A stretch of 64,000 bases of DNA from Glycera tridactyla (lineage: Eukaryota), in NCBI GenBank assembly GCA_965644265.1, contig OZ286474.1, positions 15,810,001 to 15,874,000 of the forward strand. The letters run 5' to 3'. The translations under genes were made by a program, and so were the position numbers. The first letter of the stretch is position 1; every line of letters starts with the position of its first letter. The notes under the pieces are model-generated. The model had not been told where the DNA came from. It ran no database searches and saw only the letters and a list, made by a program, of their open reading frames with translations. Positions 58,709 through 64,000 of the stretch are shown piece by piece.

Positions 58709-60012
58709 TGGATGATCTTGGAACCGAAAACAATATATTTGCAAATGTATTTCGTTGTTATTGCCATGAATTCATGTTGTTCTCATGAATTTTGGCAACT
58801 CGGATCATCACACCAAAAGTTGTTAAACATATACTTTCACTGACTGCGATGTAATAGCGACCCGTAAGAGTTGGGTCAGCGGTGATGCAAGTGAAGATGT
58901 GTGTGAATCGTCCATATGTGTGTATATTTGGTTCATCAGCCACTTGAATTGCTGAGCTTGTGCATATTTTGTTTGTAAAATATAGGGGAGTGCGCTTTGC
59001 TGCCTGGCGGGGTCGGGAAGGGTCGGAAGCCGCGCTGCGTGTGGCTATATTTGAGTATGTACAGAGTCGTGCTTCTGTTGACATTGTATTTTATTATTGA
59101 CTTATGTTCATCATGCCCTCTCCATACCACCATTGTGATTTTGTGTCGACACTATTCACATTGTGATCACAAGATGCATACCTATGGCAATCATACACAA
59201 ACGGAAGGTGACTGGAATTGCCCGTTTCAAATCAGCATGCTACTCTTTCTCTTGATGAGTCCGAAACACACGGCATACATAACCCACGGGTTGATACATG
59301 CCGTTAAACCTCAAACAAACAAAAAAAAAGCTGTTCTTGTCACCGATGATTTGTAAATGATAGGGATTGTGCGCTGTACCTTACCAGTCTTCCTGTCTCC
59401 TACCAATTACAGATCCTGGGTTGCACCCAGAATGGGGGGCATGGGGGCATTTCACACATTATTGCCAGTGTGCGGCCCTTTTTGAGGCAGTCAGGGGCCA
59501 TAGTGCCACCTAAATTTACCAGATAGTTTCAGTTTCCCATCTTGAGTTGACACATTTTGGTCAATTATATGAAGAAATGCCCCCTTTTCCAAAAATGCCC
59601 CCGATTCAGAAAATCCTTGATGTATCCCGGAAGTCCTCTGGTATGAAGAAATGCAGGATCGGGATATTTTGACAGGGAAATTGAATTTTATCTGTTCAGT
59701 GTAGAATGCTGATTTTGAGATGTAAATGGGAAATTCCAGTGACTGGGCATTGTTACTTGTGTCAAGTGACAGTGATACATGGTGTTCAGGTTACATTCTG
59801 TATTTCATCTTGTACAAATATCATATGGGAACAATTAATAAACTATTATATTTTCCATCTTGGTGTTCCGTTGTATGTGGATGTGCACAATAACTGAATT
59901 TCCAGACTGGTATCTCTCACAAACCCTGAACATGATATGATGATTGGTTGGTTTGTTTTATGTCCAGTAAGCACCATCTGGGCAATATTGAAATGCCAAT
60001 GCAATGGACATA

Positions 60013-61573
60013 CAGTCAAACCTCTTTATAAAGGTTGGTTGGTTGGTTCTGGTTAAATGTCACATCAGCACCATCTTGGCTATATTTTGACGCTCATGTG
60101 ATGGGCATGGGTGGGATCTTCCAAGCCTCCTTCTGGGTCCCAAACGGAAGGTGAAAATTTATGAAATTCACAGACACTCAAGGTGCCATTTCTGTGATGC
60201 TCACTTAGTCGCCTCTTACGACACGTAGGGAAACGAAAGACCGCTTACGGTCGCATGAAAAGTGGCATTGATAGCAAGTTGGTCTTTATACAGGTCATTT
60301 ACTGTTGAAAATACTACCACAGTCGCAGCTCCAGAGATGCCAACTTTTCATGACACAAATTCCTAATGATTAGGCTAAAACTCCTAATGATGATGCGGAA
60401 ATTCCTAATCTCGGCAGTAAAAATTCCTAATGAAAATTCCTAATGACTGCATAGCAGTGAAAATGCGAGTTTATGAGCATGTGGTGCATTCTTTCACACA
60501 AAAATGTAACCGGTAATCAAAAGTGATAATTCTAGGAATATATCTGAAACAGAGATGCCAATTTCTACAGAATTTCTACAGGGTCATATTCATCCTATCG
60601 AAATAAAAATACATCACCAGACTCAGTGGAATTACAGCGTTTCAAAACATCAATACAGTAAAACCTGCTCGAGTGAAAACCTGTGCTAGGTGAAATCCTG
60701 TCTTAAGCACATACGCCACAGACCGCCCAACTGTTTTTTCACTATAATTGTCCTGGATTATCATTAGGCAAAAACCTGTCTAACCTGAACAATGAAACAC
60801 CATTTTTGGTCCCGCAGTGCCTTCCATCCTGTCATAAGTGAAAAGTGAATTTGAGATCAGTTCAATTGTTAGCGGTTCTACATTGGTTATCGCAGGTAAT
60901 CGCCACCATTTAGGCCAGTGGCTGGTCGTGTTAGAGAGGTGATCACTTGTCACAGGTCATTTAAGAAGTATCTGGTATTTTGACAAAAGTGATCGTCCAA
61001 GAGAGGTGATCGCTCATGACAGGTTTCACTCTATTTCTTATCCATATCAGACAAACAGTAGTGAAATCCTGTGCTAAGTGAAATCCTGTCATAAGTGAAA
61101 AAAAAAAATTGGTCCCGTGACTTTTCACTTAAGACAGGTTTTACTGTAATTATGAATGAAAATTCAATAATTATGAAAAAATGGGGTTGCTGTTTAATAC
61201 CCCACTACATCCATTAAGTCATATGATGACATTAGTCTGGTGAGGAGGAGCCTCCATAAACATCCTCCAGGTGCCCCTCTCACAAATTACCAATCAGTTG
61301 GTTCCATTCACAGTTGGTATAATGCCTACTACCAGTTGACTACAGTATGACCAAATGGTGCTACTGTGTGCCTCACATTATGACCCCAAAATAGAATAGC
61401 AAGATAAGGTACCATTCTTCTTTCATATAAAAGCGTAATAATTTGAGACCAGATCGTAATGGCGTAATATCAGGGTGAAAATCGTAATCATTACGCCAAA
61501 ATCGTAATGGTTGGCATCTCTGCAGCTCATGTTTGACTTTTTAGAGAGATTGTCTTTAGAGGAGGTTCGACTG
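60013..61573. mobile_element. pogo/Tigger-like MITE split by nested insertions
   Basis: TA|cagtcaaacct ... aggttcgactg|TA; the internal segment actgttgaaaatactaccacagtcgcagct resembles the intact 39979-40138 copy. Confidence 0.65.
60332..61522. mobile_element. CAGAGATGCCAAC-family element with nested insertions, 6-bp TSD cagctc
   Basis: TIR cagagatgccaac / gttggcatctctg; cagctc at 60326-60331 and 61523-61528; subterminal (ttcctaatg) and (cgtaat) repeats. Confidence 0.8.
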
Positions 61574-62743
61574 TACAAGACTCATCCTTCTGGGTCCCTA
61601 TCAATGGTACAAAATTAATGAATACATGTACATGATAGTGGCCTGCCAACGAAAACTGTTGAAGTAGTCAAACCTGCTTCAGAGACCAACTCTATACAAA
61701 GGCCACCCTGAGCTGTGACAATGACTTTTTTGCTACTGTAAAAGACCTAGAAAGACCACCTCCCGACAAGGTCCTTTCAGTGCAACCAAGGGTGGCCTTT
61801 GTAGACAGGTTTGTACATTTGAGATTCAACAGCATGTATCAACCCAGAGGATTGTGTGCCACATGTTTGTGGTCAATTAAAGCAGATATCCTGTCCGCTG
61901 CTGCAGGCATCACTTGCACAAACCCTGAACACAAAATGATTGAGATCCTGAACAGCTGCCAAGTGGTAGCTGACAATTCATACACACCTCTACCTACTCG
62001 AAATGAACATAATGATGACATATCTAACTATGAAACTGGCTCTCTTAAGCCTGATAGCAATGCTTTCATTTTGAGCAATGCAGAGTACTTGATTTGAAAC
62101 ATAAGCAGTTCTAAATAGTAGAAAGGGTTGACTGTGGATGGTCTTTGTATGCAGGTTTCACTGGTGAAAATTATATCCATATTCACTTGGATCCGAGAGT
62201 CACTCTGAAGTCAGCAGGCATTCACAAGTGGTTACAACATGTCAAGATTGGACAATAGTCTCAAGTGACCACTGTTGGTTGCAAGCATTGAATTACGTCA
62301 AACAGACTGGACAATAGCATCACTGCTCTGGTTATATTTACATGAGTACACACGCAAATAATAACTGATTTAAAACGTCTAAGCAAAGTTTGCATGTTGC
62401 CTCTATGAGCTCACCCTTGCTCCCCTCACTTCATATCACAGTGATGTCGATGAGATGAAGCTGAATTTTCGGAGAAAAATTGATAGATTTTATAGAACTA
62501 CCGCCAAATATACTCAGAAGTAACTGTTCTGAAATTGCCAGCCAGATTCCAGCAATTTCCATTTTTTTTCACCCAATTAGCAATTGAAGAGTTGGTATGA
62601 CTGACATCAACTGTTTGGAATTATCATGTGATCTCCATAGGTGCTTTATTGTGATGTCCATGCAATTGGCATGGGAAGGGGATCTTCTGAAGATTTCTGT
62701 TTCCAATGGAAAGTGAAATCCCACACGCTGAAATCTCCAGTAA

Positions 62744-63241
62744 CATGGTTCATACAGAAATTCTGAGAAAAATTCAAGCACTTTTTAAGGACTCGCCTAG
62801 TTTTTCAAGCCCTCTGCCCATGCCTCAGAAATAATTTTTCATGCATCAATCTGCTCAAAATCATCCTCAGTTCTGATTATCACCACTACACACTAGTTGG
62901 CTGTTTGAGAAATTTTAGCTACATTGACCTAAATCAATATTAACCATCTAAGCGGAGAATTGATGGACTGCAATTCTTAACGACCTCTTGTTCTAATAAG
63001 TATATGCACGACTCTAGCCTTCAATATTGCAATAGTCGTGAGATCCAACTGCTTGCAAGTAATATTTGGTCAGCATAATTTATGACAAATCTGAGATTTT
63101 CCGGTCATATCTGTTGAACTTCAAGCACTCTGTTCAGAAATCAAGCACTTTTCCATGATTTTTCAAGACAGCAATCAAATTCAAGCACTTTCAAGGACTC
63201 ACAATGATTTCCAAGCACTTTTCAAGACTGTGCGAACCATG
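62744..63241. mobile_element. hAT-like MITE with 5-bp TSD agtaa
   Basis: TIR catggttcatac / gtgcgaaccatg; agtaa at 62739-62743 and 63242-63246; repeated ttcaagcac motifs. Confidence 0.8.
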
Positions 63242-64000
63242 AGTAAAGTGAAACCTGTGATGGGAAATTCCTGATGAGACACTACCTCTGGCAGTAGACT
63301 GCTTTTTCTCCTTTTTCTGGGTAGCCTTTCTATTCAACATCACAAAAGCTATCTCAAGATGACAGACTAACCTATATTATCATTTTCAGTGGCATTTAGG
63401 GTGGTCTCTCAATGCAGATTTCACTCTTTTCATAGATGCTTTTTCAAACACTGATTATGGTTGTTTTTGACTCAACAATACTAGCTGGTATGGAATGGAA
63501 CAAACAATGACTTTCTTTCTTTCTTTCTTTGAGGTTTAACGGCATGTATCAACCTGTGGGTTATGTATGCCGTGTGTTCCTGGTTAATGAAAGCTAGATG
63601 TTCTCTCCCCTGCAGAAATCACTCTCACAAACCCTGAACAAACAATGACATGACAATCTACGGTTTTACTATTTTAATACACAAGACAGAATATCACACA
63701 AAGAAAAGTCTTTGATACTTTGCTGCACACTATTTTTAAAATTTAATGCCAGTTATCTTCTACAGATAAAGGATAAATACGCCAGTCCATTCAACTCGCT
63801 TCCAAGTACATTCAGAGCTAGTGACGAGTAAGTGTAGTTTCACAACTAGGATCACTAACTTTCGATGCACTTCCCTTTTGGTAAAACAAACTTCCTGGTC
63901 ATTCTGAAGCACCGACACACATAACATGACACATAAGCGAGTGTTCCCTGTATAGCTGTAGCCACACATTTATATTTCAAAACTGGTGCAGTATAATAAT

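Overview
Eukaryotic (metazoan, invertebrate-like) genomic DNA with five assembly gaps and large repeat-rich introns. The main feature is the 3' part of a + strand golgin gene, GOLGA4 (golgin-245/p230). I traced 14 phase-compatible GT-AG exons from 1877 to 29066. They encode about 1530 aa of coiled coil ending in a GRIP domain (TEFEYLRNILFEYMMGRETKTLSRVISTVLKFD). The 5' end lies upstream of the window and the terminal exon is unresolved; there are several candidates, including a 9-nt microexon. A fragment of a second, unidentified spliced gene appears on the - strand at about 53.0-56.6 kb. The remainder is mostly non-autonomous mobile elements: TA-flanked pogo/Tigger-like and Tc2-like MITEs, hAT-like MITEs with unusual 5-bp and 6-bp target-site duplications, a 5'-truncated retroposon family, a tRNA-derived SINE, minisatellites and microsatellites. 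The most unusual signal is a 49-bp perfect-stem hairpin at 58557-58708 whose loop reads as a Penelope-type minimal hammerhead ribozyme with a swapped G3-C8 core pair. There is no CRISPR array, rRNA, bona fide tRNA gene or intact transposase. All calls were made by eye without database searches.
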